NCBI GenBank assembly: GCA_049570475.1
Contig: CP186953.1
Location: 1,120,001-1,184,000 of the forward strand
Reading direction: 5' to 3'
From: Candidatus Methanosuratincola verstraetei
Lineage (GTDB): Archaea; Thermoproteota; Methanomethylicia; Methanomethylicales; Methanomethylicaceae
Length of the DNA: 64,000 nt
This document shows positions 8,507 to 18,855 of the stretch, in pieces. The position numbers were made by a program, and so were the translations under genes. Below the pieces are notes generated by a model, which saw only the letters and a list, made by a program, of their open reading frames with translations, was not told the origin of the DNA and searched no databases. Each line of letters starts with the position of its first letter. Position 1 is the first letter of the stretch.

Positions 8507-10312
8507 GTGGCGCGTATCGTGGTACTTGACGCTGACTTCTGCAAGCCGGGGGAGTGCAGCAAGGAGTGCATCCGGTTCTGCCCCATAGTGAGGACTGGCG
8601 CCGAGGCGATAAAGTACGAGCCGGGGATGGACCGGCCGCTAGTCGCTGAGAACCTCTGCACGGGCTGCGGCATCTGCGTGAAGAAGTGCCCGTTCGGGGC
8701 GCTGAACATAGTCAACCTCCCAGACGAGCTAGAGGAAGTCTGCGTGCACAGGTACGGCCCGAACACATTCAAGCTCTACCGCCTCCCGATCCCGAAAGAG
8801 GGCGTGGTTGTCGGTCTCCTTGGCCCGAACGGAGCCGGGAAGTCTACATCCCTAAAGATCCTGAGCGGCGAGATGATGCCTAACCTCGGGCTTTACGACT
8901 GCCCGCCTGACTGGAAGTCCATACTGCGGTTCTTTAGGGGATCTGAGCTCCAGGAGTACTTCAAGAAGCTCTCGGAGAAGAAGCTGAGGGTGGTCACCAA
9001 GCCGCAGTACATAGACCAGGCCCCAAAGCGCCTCACCGGAACCGTCAGGCAGCTTCTTGAGAGGATCGACGAGCGGCATGCGCTCGACGAAGTATCTTCT
9101 TACCTGTCGCTCGAGTCGATAATGGACAAGGACATCCATACCCTAAGCGGCGGAGAGCTGCAACGCGTTGCGATCGCCGCTGTCTCGGTAAGGAAGGCCG
9201 ATGTATACATATTCGACGAGCCCTCGAGCTACTTGGATGTTTACCAGCGGATGGCGATGGCAAAGCTGGTCCAGTCCCTGGCTGATGAGAAGAAGTATGT
9301 CATTGTTGCGGAGCACGACCTCGCTGTTCTTGACTACATCTCAGAGCAGGTGTGCCTATTCTACGGAAAGCCAGGGGTCTATGGCATCGTTTCCAAGCCG
9401 CATGGCGTCCGCGTCGGGATCAATATATACCTAAACGGCTACATCCCGGACGAGAACATCCGGTTCAGGACGTCGCCAATAAGGTTCCACCTCTCGCCGA
9501 CCCCGACTGAGTGGCGGTCTGAGGATGTGATGCTGAGGTGGGGGCACTTCAGAATAAGCCGTGGCGACTTCGTTCTGGACGCGCAGGGCGGGGAGATACA
9601 CCGTGGCGAGGTAGTCGGGATTGTTGGACCGAACGGGACCGGAAAGACTACCTTCGTCAGGGCCCTCGCAGGCGAGCTCCTCCCCGAGGGGGGATCCCCA
9701 ATCAACTTCGGTCTCCGGATAAGCTACAAGCCCCAGTACGTGGTCCCCAGTCCGACGAAGACTCTAAGGGAAATCCTCAATTCGATTGACCCCGGACTGC
9801 TGAGCACACAGTGGTTTATCGACGAGATCTATGCCCCTCTGGAGATCGAGCCCCTCCTAGACAGGAGCATGGAGTCGATGAGCGGCGGCGAGCTGCAGCG
9901 CACAGCTGTGGCGGTCTGCCTCTCCAGAGATGCCGAGCTCTACCTCTTGGATGAGCCGACCGCCCACTTGGACGTCGAGCATAGGCTCGTCGTTGCAAGG
10001 GCTATAAGAAGGGTCACAGAGAAGAAGGGAGTCGCCTCGTTCGTAGTTGAGCACGACATCGTGGCCAACGACCTCCTGTCCGACACTGTGATGGTCTTTG
10101 GCGGATCCCCTGGCAGGAGCGGTGTCGCCTCAGCGCCGGTGGGGCTCAGGAAAGGCATGAACTACTTCCTCAAGAACCTTGGGATCACCTTCAGGAGGGA
10201 TCCTGAGACCGGGCGGCCTCGCGTGAACAAGAAGGACTCTTGGCTGGACAGGTACCAGAAGGAGATCGGGGAGTACTACTATACTGAAGTGACTGGCGAG
10301 GACAAGCAGTAA
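8507..10312 (+). CDS. rli1: Ribosome recycling ATPase ABCE1/Rli1
   Basis: N-terminal 2x[4Fe-4S] cysteines, two ABC domains (GPNGAGKS, LSGGELQR, GPNGTGKT), TFRRD...RPRVNK hinge. Confidence 0.97.
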   Translation: MARIVVLDADFCKPGECSKECIRFCPIVRTGAEAIKYEPGMDRPLVAENLCTGCGICVKKCPFGALNIVNLPDELEEVCVHRYGPNTFKLYRLPIPKEGVVVGLLGPNGAGKSTSLKILSGEMMPNLGLYDCPPDWKSILRFFRGSELQEYFKKLSEKKLRVVTKPQYIDQAPKRLTGTVRQLLERIDERHALDEVSSYLSLESIMDKDIHTLSGGELQRVAIAAVSVRKADVYIFDEPSSYLDVYQRMAMAKLVQSLADEKKYVIVAEHDLAVLDYISEQVCLFYGKPGVYGIVSKPHGVRVGINIYLNGYIPDENIRFRTSPIRFHLSPTPTEWRSEDVMLRWGHFRISRGDFVLDAQGGEIHRGEVVGIVGPNGTGKTTFVRALAGELLPEGGSPINFGLRISYKPQYVVPSPTKTLREILNSIDPGLLSTQWFIDEIYAPLEIEPLLDRSMESMSGGELQRTAVAVCLSRDAELYLLDEPTAHLDVEHRLVVARAIRRVTEKKGVASFVVEHDIVANDLLSDTVMVFGGSPGRSGVASAPVGLRKGMNYFLKNLGITFRRDPETGRPRVNKKDSWLDRYQKEIGEYYYTEVTGEDKQ

Positions 10313-10369
10313 ACCGTATAAGCCATATTTTTATAAGCGATACATCTGATTTAGATTCGGGTGTTCTGA

Positions 10370-11230
10370 ATGCTCAGGCTCGCAGCAATGATGTTCCTGC
10401 TTACAGGGATCCTAGTCGGGCTAGGTTACGTTGTGGGGTGGCTCTTCGGCAGCCCGGAGATCGTTACGCTTGGCGCACTGGTGCTTGCATTAGCGATCAA
10501 CGCGATCTCTTACCTCTACAGCGACAGGATAGTCCTCTCAATGACTAGGGCGAAGGTGGTCAGCGAGAACGAGTACCCTGCGCTCCACAGGATCGTCTCC
10601 TCCCTGGCGGCGAGCGCAGGTATGCCGAAGCCTAAGGTTGCAATAGTTAACTCGAGCGTGCCCAACGCATTCGCTACCGGGCGGGGTCCCAGCAAGTCTG
10701 TCGTTGCGGTCACAACCGGGCTGCTCCAGCTGCTGAACGAGAATGAGCTCGAGGGCGTCCTCAGCCACGAGATAAGCCATGTGAAGCACAGAGACGTTCT
10801 CGTGGCGTCCGTAGCAGCCACAATCGCCGGAGCGATCAGCTACCTTGCGCTCATGGGGAGGTTCGGAGCGTTCTTCGGCGACTCGAGGAACAGGGACGCG
10901 AACATGATCGCGCTGATCCTGAGCTTCCTGGCGCCACTTGCAGCCTTCCTGGTACAGACTGCAATCTCCAGGGGAAGGGAATACGAGGCTGACAGGGAGG
11001 GCGCACAGCTGAGCCGAAAGCCCCTGTCGCTCGCGAGCGCACTGGAGAAGATCGAGCGCACGGTGAGGGGCGGGACCAGGCTCAATATCAACCCGTCAAC
11101 CAGCCCCCTCTGGATCGTCAACCCGTTCAGGGGGGATGCAGTGATGGAGATGTTCTCGACGCACCCCTCGACTTGGAAGAGGATAGAGCGGCTCAAGGCG
11201 ATGGCCTTGACCATAGGTTCGATGCAGTGA
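10370..11230 (+). CDS. htpX: Zinc metalloprotease HtpX
   Basis: PNAFATG, HEISH, REYEAD, FSTHP. Confidence 0.95.
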   Translation: MLRLAAMMFLLTGILVGLGYVVGWLFGSPEIVTLGALVLALAINAISYLYSDRIVLSMTRAKVVSENEYPALHRIVSSLAASAGMPKPKVAIVNSSVPNAFATGRGPSKSVVAVTTGLLQLLNENELEGVLSHEISHVKHRDVLVASVAATIAGAISYLALMGRFGAFFGDSRNRDANMIALILSFLAPLAAFLVQTAISRGREYEADREGAQLSRKPLSLASALEKIERTVRGGTRLNINPSTSPLWIVNPFRGDAVMEMFSTHPSTWKRIERLKAMALTIGSMQ

Positions 11231-11244
11231 TCGGAGGACTTGGA

Positions 11245-11475
11245 TTGTCGGAGAGCGAAAAAACCGCGAAAAAGCCCTACATCTACCCGCACAGGCACTG
11301 CCTCTACTGCGGGAGGATCATTGAGGTAAAGGGGAGGGACTACTGCCTCAAGTGCAAGCCCGCATATGTTAAGGAGCAGTCGAAGATCAATCGGTCGAAG
11401 AAGTTCCAGCGCTACCTCCTCTACTACATAGTGGCGGTCTTTGCGATCTTGGTTCTGGTAGCGCTCTTCGCGTGA
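11245..11475 (+). CDS. DUF2116-like Zn-ribbon membrane protein
   Basis: PHRHCLYCG...YCLKC plus C-terminal TM helix; GGAGG SD before TTG 11245. Confidence 0.75.
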   Translation: MSESEKTAKKPYIYPHRHCLYCGRIIEVKGRDYCLKCKPAYVKEQSKINRSKKFQRYLLYYIVAVFAILVLVALFA

Positions 11476-11482
11476 TGGGTGT

Positions 11483-11576
11483 GGGTCCGTGGCCTAGTCC
11501 GGATCAGGGTGTCGGCCTCCGGAACGGAAACCGTGGGGAGAGCCGATGGTCGAGGGTTCAAATCCCTCCGGACCCG
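11483..11576 (+). tRNA. tRNA-Arg(CCG) with 18-nt canonical 37/38 intron (11523-11540)
   Basis: Acceptor GGGTCCG/CGGACCC, anticodon stem TCGGC/GCCGA, anticodon CCG 11519-11521, GGTTCAAATCC T-arm; BHB with CTCC/GGGG helix and GG|A, AG|A bulges. Confidence 0.93.
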
Positions 11577-11792
11577 CCTAATCTCAACAAAAGTACTTTC
11601 TGTTTTTCCTTGGCAATTTCCAAATCATGGATCGGCAGTTCGTTTTTAGTTATTTGGTCATACCCCGTGCTTTCATGGAAGGCAGTTGAATTAAGGAGGG
11701 GTAAGGGCCCGTGTCCTCCGGCAGGCCCAAAATTTAGACATTGTCTTGCCCGCTCCTCACGCAAGCTACTTTTCAGAGGCTGGTCTAGCCGG

Positions 11793-12311
11793 CTATCTTA
11801 TCTTCCGTCCGATTTCGAGCCTGTACACTGCGAGCTCTATCCGCTTCCCCCATGGGGCATCCACGCTGACCTCCCCCGTGAACTCAAACCCGTTCTTCTC
11901 GTAGAATGCCCTGGCCCTGCGCTCATCCCTCCCTGCGTAGACGATTATCTCCCTCCTGCCCTCTCTCGCCTGATCCTCGACGGAGAACTCGAGAAGCCGG
12001 CTGCCGAGCCCCCTCCCCGTGTGCCCCGGGAACATAACTATCCTGTCCAACTCTGCCCTCTCTCCCCCCTTCGGCACCATCTGGCAGAAGCCGAGTATCT
12101 CATCCCTCTCCAATGCAAGGTAGAACTTTGAGCCTTTGGACGCAGCCCCCCTCAGCGCCCCCTCAGAGAACGCCCTTTTCACGTAATCCTCAGGTATCCC
12201 GAATTTAGCCACATTCTCCTGGTAGATGTCGCTCGACCGATCGAGAGAGTTCAGAATCCTGGAGCTGAGCTTCGGCAAATCGTCTGGGCCTGCAACCCTG
12301 AACCAAACCAA
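11793..12311 (-). CDS. GNAT family N-acetyltransferase
   Basis: GRGLGSRLL motif A, ARAFYEKNGF. Confidence 0.88.
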   Translation of the reverse strand: MVWFRVAGPDDLPKLSSRILNSLDRSSDIYQENVAKFGIPEDYVKRAFSEGALRGAASKGSKFYLALERDEILGFCQMVPKGGERAELDRIVMFPGHTGRGLGSRLLEFSVEDQAREGRREIIVYAGRDERRARAFYEKNGFEFTGEVSVDAPWGKRIELAVYRLEIGRKIR

Positions 12312-12413
12312 GCAGCTTCCCCAATTAACATTGCTGGATTGGCAGAAAAATACTTTATTTTCAAACTAAAAATGGGCATCCTCGCCATAGATTCTCTGCG
12401 CGGGGGTGTGGAG

Positions 12414-13328
12414 TCAGTTCCTAGATAGGAACTCCTCGACCTCTTTCCTGCTTGGTGCCTCGTGGGAGCCGAGCCTCGTCACCTTCAGAGCCGCGACCGC
12501 ATTCGCGAACCTTATTGCATCCGTGAGCCCTTCCCCTTCGCTGAGGGCCATTATCATTCCAGCAGCGAACGCGTCTCCAGCTCCAGTCGTGTCTATCGCG
12601 TCCACCTTGAAGGCTGGGATGAGCTTCCCAGAACTGCCGTCTGAGATGAAAACGCCCTTCGCCCCTAGCTTGACGGCCACACTCTTGGCCCCCTGCCTGA
12701 TGAGCGAAGCTGCCGCCATCTCGGGGTCGTCGTGCCCGGTGAGCGCCTTGGCCTCCTTCCCGTTCAGAAGCAGGAGGTCCACGCGCTCCAAGACTGGTCT
12801 GATGTGCCCGATCCCCCTGTTGATGAGGAGCCTCCCTGGATCGAAAGTGACCATTGCCCCATCCTCCTTCGCACGAGAGGCTATCCTCGTGGCGGTGTCC
12901 ACCCTCAGGCTCGCAATGTGGACTGCCTGGTAATCCTTCATGCTGATGTTGGCAATGTCATCCGGCTCTAGCGTCTCTGCCGCTTCCTTGCGGCCGAACA
13001 TGAAGACCTCGCCGTGCCTGTTGATTATTATTATAGTGTACCCGGTGCGGTTGACCAGGTCGACCTTGACCTCGTCCAGCGGGACCCTCTCCCGTAAGAG
13101 CTCGTCCACAGCCATCCTGCCGAACTCGTCCATCCCGATCTTCCCGAGGAGCATGCAGCACCCGCCGAGCCGCCTCACCCCAATAGAGACGTTGGCAGCG
13201 GACCCTCCGACCCCGTAGCTGAGCTCCTTCACCTCGTTGAACTGGTCGCTGCTGCTTATCTCGTCGACCCTTACCCTGATGTCCGCAAGTATGTGACCTG
13301 CGGCCAAGATCATCCCCATCTCCGCCAC
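12414..13328 (-). CDS. PfkB/ribokinase family sugar kinase
   Basis: GGSAANV, DTTGAGDAF. Confidence 0.92.
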   Translation of the reverse strand: MAEMGMILAAGHILADIRVRVDEISSSDQFNEVKELSYGVGGSAANVSIGVRRLGGCCMLLGKIGMDEFGRMAVDELLRERVPLDEVKVDLVNRTGYTIIIINRHGEVFMFGRKEAAETLEPDDIANISMKDYQAVHIASLRVDTATRIASRAKEDGAMVTFDPGRLLINRGIGHIRPVLERVDLLLLNGKEAKALTGHDDPEMAAASLIRQGAKSVAVKLGAKGVFISDGSSGKLIPAFKVDAIDTTGAGDAFAAGMIMALSEGEGLTDAIRFANAVAALKVTRLGSHEAPSRKEVEEFLSRN

Positions 13329-13333
13329 CCCTG

Positions 13334-14140
13334 TCAGAGCCTATCGGGATCCATTCCCTTGTGGACGACCTCGAGGATTGCCCTGGCAGTCCCCACAAAA
13401 TCCTGGCTCTGGAAGACGTTCCTCCCGACCACCACCCCGGCGCCCCCGGCGTCCATGACGCTCTTGACTATCCTCAAGAACTCCTTCGGGTCTTCGGTCT
13501 TCGCGCCCCCGCTCATCAGGACGGGAACCGGCACCGACTCGACCACGCGCCTGAAGCTCTCGGTGCTCCCCGTGTAGTGGGTCTTGATTATGTCTGCGCC
13601 TATCTCGACGCTTGCCCTCGAGGCGTACTTAATTATGTACTCGTCGTGCCTGTCTATTATCGAAGGGCCACGCGGGTATGCCAAGATCATCACTGGCAAG
13701 CCGAACCTTTCGCTCTCCGAGACTATCGCGGCGAACTCCTCGGCCATGGCATCCTCCCCGGGCGCTCCCCAGTAGACGGTCGCAGCCACCCCGTCCGCGC
13801 CCATCGCAACGGCGTCTTCCACGAACCCAATCCTGTACTGCTGCATCTGCATGTCCGGAGGCCTGAGCGAGGTCTTCCCGGTCAGCTTCACTATGACGGG
13901 CACCCTGCCCGCCCAGAGATCTGCGGTCGCCTGCGCTACACCTCTGGTGAGCATGATTGCGTCGAATCCTGACTCGACTGCAAGCTCGACCACTTTCCTC
14001 GGGTTCGACCTTTCGGGCGTGAAGTCAGAGGGCCCGTGCTCGAACCCGTGGTCGAATGCGAAGACCGCCGCCTTGCCGGACTTCAGTATCCTGCTTAGCC
14101 TTACCTTTTTACCAATGCCAGAGCAGCTATCCCAGGGCAT
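13334..14140 (-). CDS. Archaeal class I (DhnA-type) fructose-bisphosphate aldolase
   Basis: AFDHGFEHGP, AYPRG, GADIIKTHY Schiff-base Lys, SGG, GRNVFQ. Confidence 0.88.
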   Translation of the reverse strand: MPWDSCSGIGKKVRLSRILKSGKAAVFAFDHGFEHGPSDFTPERSNPRKVVELAVESGFDAIMLTRGVAQATADLWAGRVPVIVKLTGKTSLRPPDMQMQQYRIGFVEDAVAMGADGVAATVYWGAPGEDAMAEEFAAIVSESERFGLPVMILAYPRGPSIIDRHDEYIIKYASRASVEIGADIIKTHYTGSTESFRRVVESVPVPVLMSGGAKTEDPKEFLRIVKSVMDAGGAGVVVGRNVFQSQDFVGTARAILEVVHKGMDPDRL

Positions 14141-14248
14141 ATCAATGCACTACCCTCTACCTTCTCCCGCACCAAATAAATCCCTTTGCGTGGCAGGAAA
14201 TAAGGGGCGTGCGATGGGCGGCTTCGAATGGACTGCTTCCAAATCCAA

Positions 14249-16018
14249 TCACCCCATGACGAGCCTCTCGAACTCTTCGAGCCCTGCCCTGATCATCTCC
14301 TCGGTGATTGACCCAAGGGGCGTCGGCGTTTCGCAGATCCTCTTGGGTATCCGGAGATCCCTTAGGCTGAACCCTTCCCTGTACTTGAAGGCGTACTTCT
14401 GCCTCAGGATGGCCCTGCCGCGTTCCTTGAGATCCTCCGCGCTACGCTCCAGCCCGAGCACCCTCAGGCACCGCGAAACCGCCTCCGGGGTGTAGACCCC
14501 CCTAGCGAAGTAGCAGACGACCAGGCTCGAGAGGACCTGCCTCCAGGACTCCTCTTCGAAGAGCTCCTTCGCTGCATACTCCGGCGTGTACTTCAACCCC
14601 TCCTTGTACATCCTCTGGTCGATGCTGTACCCTGCTCCGTCGAGGTGGCTGTGCCTCGCCCCAGTCAAGTATCCGAGGTGGGCTACGGGCCCTGTGTGGT
14701 AACCTGGCATCTCATTGCCGCCGAACTCAAGTGCGAAATCCTCCCCGCCGTACTTTGATGAGGCGTACCTCACCCCCTTCGCCAGCGCCTGGAAGAACTC
14801 GTTTTCCATGCTAACTATCCGCTTGGCTGCCTTGATGTACGTATCATGGTCGCCCCACTTGAGCGCCAGCCCGCCCGCGTCGCTTTCCTTGACTATTCCC
14901 CTCTCCATTGCCTCTGTTGCCCAGGCTAGGACCACCCCGGTCGACATCGCGTCGAGCCCGAGCTCCTCAACCGTGTCCATGAGCTTGAGGTAACCCTCGG
15001 GGCTCTTCAGATCGAGCATCGCGCCCAGCGCATAGATCGGCTCGTAGTCGTACGAGATCATCTTTGTCTTGTAGAAGTACGGTTCGCTCTCGTACGGCTC
15101 CCGGAGCGCCGCGATGTGTATGCAGCTCACAGGGCAGTGGGCGCACGCGGTCCTCCTCCCCAGGTACTTCTCTGCCATGTTCTCCCCCGAGAGCTCCTGG
15201 GCGCCTGAGAACCTGTTCGACTGGAGGTTCCTGGAGGGCAGCGAACCCGTCATGTTCAGCGGGAGCACGTTCATCGGCGTCCCCAGCTCGTGGTATTTGC
15301 ACATCAGCGGCGACTTGCAGAATGTGTTGAAGAGCTCCTCGTAGAGGGCCCTGTATGCCTTTGGGTCCTTGAACTTGAGCGACTTCTTGCCCGAGACCAC
15401 AACCGCCTTCAAGTTCTTGCTCCCGAAGACCGCCCCAAGCCCGAGCCTGCCGAAGTGCCTGTACGTCTCGGTCGTGACATACGCATAGGGGATGAGCCTC
15501 TCCCCTGCCTTGCCGATCCGCATTATCGTCCTTACGCCCGCGCCCGGCTCGACCTCCCTGATTATCCTTCCGACGGTGGAGGCGCTGTTCATGCCCCAGA
15601 GCGCCGAGGCGTCCCTGAACTTCGCCCCATCCTCATCTATGGTGAGGTACACTGGGGACTCGCTCTTGCCCCTGATCACTACCGCACCGTAGCCAGCCAT
15701 CCTGATCGCGATGCTCGACCTACCGCCTGCGTGGCTCTCTCCCAGGTTCCCTGTCAGCGGTGACTTGAACATCGCGACGGTCTTAGAGGCCAACGGGAAT
15801 ACCCCGTTCATGAGCCCGACCGCGAGTACTATTGGGTTCTTCGGCGAGAGCGGGTCCGTACCCTGCGGGCACTCTTCAGAAAGCAGCCTTATTCCAGCGC
15901 CCGCGCCGCCGAAATGCTCTGTGAAGAGCTCAGGCCTCTCCTCGACCCAGTAGGTCCTCCTCGCTAGGTCTACATACAGGATCCTCGAGAGGTCCCCTGC
16001 GTTTTCGCTGCCTGCCAT
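14249..16018 (-). CDS. Tungsten/molybdopterin aldehyde:ferredoxin oxidoreductase family, large subunit (GOR-like)
   Basis: KSPLTG, GLGAVFGSKNLKA, CAHCPVSC, LGLDAMSTG; start ATG 16018 overlaps the upstream stop. Confidence 0.88.
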   Translation of the reverse strand: MAGSENAGDLSRILYVDLARRTYWVEERPELFTEHFGGAGAGIRLLSEECPQGTDPLSPKNPIVLAVGLMNGVFPLASKTVAMFKSPLTGNLGESHAGGRSSIAIRMAGYGAVVIRGKSESPVYLTIDEDGAKFRDASALWGMNSASTVGRIIREVEPGAGVRTIMRIGKAGERLIPYAYVTTETYRHFGRLGLGAVFGSKNLKAVVVSGKKSLKFKDPKAYRALYEELFNTFCKSPLMCKYHELGTPMNVLPLNMTGSLPSRNLQSNRFSGAQELSGENMAEKYLGRRTACAHCPVSCIHIAALREPYESEPYFYKTKMISYDYEPIYALGAMLDLKSPEGYLKLMDTVEELGLDAMSTGVVLAWATEAMERGIVKESDAGGLALKWGDHDTYIKAAKRIVSMENEFFQALAKGVRYASSKYGGEDFALEFGGNEMPGYHTGPVAHLGYLTGARHSHLDGAGYSIDQRMYKEGLKYTPEYAAKELFEEESWRQVLSSLVVCYFARGVYTPEAVSRCLRVLGLERSAEDLKERGRAILRQKYAFKYREGFSLRDLRIPKRICETPTPLGSITEEMIRAGLEEFERLVMG

Positions 16019-16422
16019 CACGCCACCTCCTCCATCCTGATCACGCCGTACGGGCAGAAGCCCGCGCAGTAGCCGCAGTAGACGCAGACCGTTGGCTTGT
16101 CCAGCTCCACGTCCCAGAAGATCGCCCCGAGGGTGCACCCCCTCACGCAGTTCCCGCAGGCGATGCACTTCGCGTAGTTGAGGCGCACCCCGCCCCCCTC
16201 CCTCCTTGCGAGCGCGCCTGTCGGGCACACCTTCGAGCAGGGCGGGTCCGGGCATGCGCGGCAGACCCTGACCACGAACCCGCGCTCTATCCCCCCCGCC
16301 GATTGTATGTGGATCGCTGATCTGCCAAGCCCGGCCTCGCCGAACCTCCTGTTGCAGGCGAACATGCAGCTCTGGCACCCGACGCACAAATCAACGTCTA
16401 CGACAGAGAGCCTCTTTACCAA
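16018..16422 (-). CDS. Poly-[4Fe-4S] ferredoxin-like small subunit
   Basis: CVGCQSCMFAC, CRACPDPPCSKVCP, CIACGNC, CVYCGYCAGFCP. Confidence 0.9.
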   Translation of the reverse strand: MVKRLSVVDVDLCVGCQSCMFACNRRFGEAGLGRSAIHIQSAGGIERGFVVRVCRACPDPPCSKVCPTGALARREGGGVRLNYAKCIACGNCVRGCTLGAIFWDVELDKPTVCVYCGYCAGFCPYGVIRMEEVA

Positions 16423-16757
16423 AATCCAACCCCCAGAACACTGCATTATACTATCTCCTGCGCCCATAAATCCCTTCGTGCAGAACGCGATTTCTTTCCC
16501 AGCCCATCTCTCCGACGAGCTCGATGTGCATCCTCAAGTATTTGGATAGCCGTTTCTAGGAATGCATATTTTCATATACACTCCCATTCGGAGCATTGGC
16601 GGCTTCTTCAGTCCATCCTGCTCTCCAGCTCTCAGGCAAAGTAGGAGCGTGCAGGTATTCATCCCTCAAAAGCTGCCAAGAGGCGTCCGCACTCACGGCA
16701 AACGGTTGGCCGCACAGGCGCAGACCACGCAGGAGTATCGCCAATGAGGCAAGCCTG

Positions 16758-18707
16758 TTACATCCTCTCCGGCGCCTTCACCCCGAGGAGCGCGAGCGCG
16801 TTCGAGAGCACGATCCTCGTCGAGTCCACCAGCCGCAGCCTGGCGTTCTTCGCCCCCTCGCCCTCCGCCTTGAGCACCGGCACGTTGTCGTAGAACAGGT
16901 TGAACTTGGACGCCAGCTCGTTTGCGTACTCTGCGATCTCCTCTGGCCTCAGGCTCCTTGCTGCCTCCTCTACCACCTCAGGGAACTTCGAGAGCATGAT
17001 CACGAGCTCCCTCTCATGCTTCGAGGAGAGCGCAGAGTAGTCGACCGCGGCCCCCCTCCAGCCCTCGCCTGCCTTCACAAGAATGTTGCACGCCCTGGCA
17101 TGCGCATACTGGATGAACGGGGCGCTGTTCTGCTCGAAGTTGATCACCCTGTCCCATGTGAAGGTGATCGGCTTCTGCGGCGCGACAGCCGCCAGGGCAT
17201 ACCTGACCGCCCCTACCCCGACGACCTCCGAGATCCTCCGCCTCTCCTCCTCGCTGAGGTGCGGGGACCTCTCGGTCACCTCCCTGTACGCCCTCTGTAC
17301 CGCCTCCTCCAGCACCTCGTCGAACGTGACGTACCTGCCGCGCCTCCCGGACATCTTGTATCCGGGCAGGTGGACGAGCTCGTAGCTGTAATGCATCAGC
17401 CTCTCTGCATCATCCCCCATCCCGAGCGCATGCAGCGCGATCTTCAGCTGGAGCTGCGGGAGCTTCTGCTCGATCGATATCACATTGATCACCCTGTCTG
17501 CGCGCCCGAACTTCCAAAGGGTGTAGGCTATGTCCCGGGTCGTGTAGAGCGTCGTCCCGTCCGAGCGCATCAGCGTCAGCGGCGGGACCTCGGTCTTGAT
17601 GCCATACTTCTCCCTCAGCCCGAACCTCTCGACCACCGCCTCGCAGTCGAGCACCACGGTCCCGTCCTCCAGCTTCGTGAACCCAGTTCTGGAGAGCCTC
17701 TCAACCACCTCCTTGGCCCCCCCATTCCAGGAGGCCGTCTCGCTCTCCCAGTCCCAGCTGTCGAACACAATGCCCACGCGCCCGAGCGTCTCCCTGAATC
17801 CCTCGAGCGCCGCGTCGCAGAGCCCCCTTATCAGGGAAACTGCAGCCGGGTCCTTGGACTCGTACCTCTTCAGGAGCTCCGCGACCTCCCCCTCAGGATC
17901 CGCTGAGGCGTTTACCCCCCCGAGTATCCTGTCGAAAGTCTCAGCGTCCTTCTCCCTCAGCTCTGCCGAGACAGAGACCCAGTCGTCGAGCTCCGTGATC
18001 TTCAACCTCGCCTCCTCGTCCTTGCCCTCCGCCTTTAGCCGCTCTATCTCTCCCTTCAGCGCCCTGATGTTCATTGCGCAGCTCGTAGACGCGTAGACGA
18101 AGCCAATGAAGTGGTCGCGCTTCCCCTTCGCGGCGGACCTGACCGCCTCCTCCCCGCCCAGCATGCTCAGCCCGTAAGCCGCCTGGGAGACCTGCAGCCC
18201 GACATCGTCGATGTAGAAGTGCCTCCTGACATCCTTCCCCGCCGCCTTCAGCACCCTTGACAAGCAGTCGCCTATGACAGCGTTCCTGGCGCCCCCTATG
18301 TGTATCGGGTGGATCGGGTTGACGCTCGTGTGCTCAACGAGAACTTTCTCACCATCTCCCCTGGATGTGCCATAGCCCGATCCCTCTGTGCTGACTGACC
18401 TGATCAGCTCCTCTGCGAAAGCCTTCGGCTCGATGTAGAAGTTGACATAGCCGGCGCCGGCCGCCTCGACCTTCCCGACGAGCCTCCATGCGCCCACTTG
18501 GGCGGCTGCAGCGATCCTCGATGCTATAGCCCTCGGGTCGCCCCTGACCTTCTTCGCGAGTGCGAAGGTCGAGAAGCTCAGCTCGCCGAGCGAAGGATCG
18601 CTCGGGGTTGCCAGCCTCACATCCTCTGCAGGCATCCCCTCCCTCTCTAGGGCTGCCTTTACCAGCCTGGTGCACTCATCCCTGAACTCGGCAAAGGGGC
18701 CGCTCAT
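16758..18707 (-). CDS. argS: Arginyl-tRNA synthetase
   Basis: EHTSVNP, HIGG (HIGH variant), RSDGTTLYTTRD, KMSGRRG, QYAHARAC, C-terminal PERM. Confidence 0.96.
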   Translation of the reverse strand: MSGPFAEFRDECTRLVKAALEREGMPAEDVRLATPSDPSLGELSFSTFALAKKVRGDPRAIASRIAAAAQVGAWRLVGKVEAAGAGYVNFYIEPKAFAEELIRSVSTEGSGYGTSRGDGEKVLVEHTSVNPIHPIHIGGARNAVIGDCLSRVLKAAGKDVRRHFYIDDVGLQVSQAAYGLSMLGGEEAVRSAAKGKRDHFIGFVYASTSCAMNIRALKGEIERLKAEGKDEEARLKITELDDWVSVSAELREKDAETFDRILGGVNASADPEGEVAELLKRYESKDPAAVSLIRGLCDAALEGFRETLGRVGIVFDSWDWESETASWNGGAKEVVERLSRTGFTKLEDGTVVLDCEAVVERFGLREKYGIKTEVPPLTLMRSDGTTLYTTRDIAYTLWKFGRADRVINVISIEQKLPQLQLKIALHALGMGDDAERLMHYSYELVHLPGYKMSGRRGRYVTFDEVLEEAVQRAYREVTERSPHLSEEERRRISEVVGVGAVRYALAAVAPQKPITFTWDRVINFEQNSAPFIQYAHARACNILVKAGEGWRGAAVDYSALSSKHERELVIMLSKFPEVVEEAARSLRPEEIAEYANELASKFNLFYDNVPVLKAEGEGAKNARLRLVDSTRIVLSNALALLGVKAPERM

Positions 18708-18855
18708 AACACAAACTGACCTCTCGCTCCATTCCTCTGCCCTTCAGAAAAACCTTTTCCTGCCCAATCCCTCAATCCCAAAAGGCTGATATACCATATT
18801 CCATTCGGGTATCTCAGTGCCGGCAAAAAGCCCGGGAACCGCAGGCGATCAGGCG

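Noticed and set aside
16019-16387. N-terminal 123 aa of the 712-aa AOR ORF
   Set aside because: Off-frame overlap with the ferredoxin gene; real start is ATG 16018
16470-16757. Small ORFs between argS and the ferredoxin gene
   Set aside because: No SD, atypical codon usage and no motifs; treated as intergenic
16596-17906. Long antisense or alternate-frame ORFs (this one, 22613-23713, 46483-47460, 51423-52460, 5' part of 56144-57628 and similar)
   Set aside because: Shadow ORFs from high GC3 in well-supported genes; no motifs
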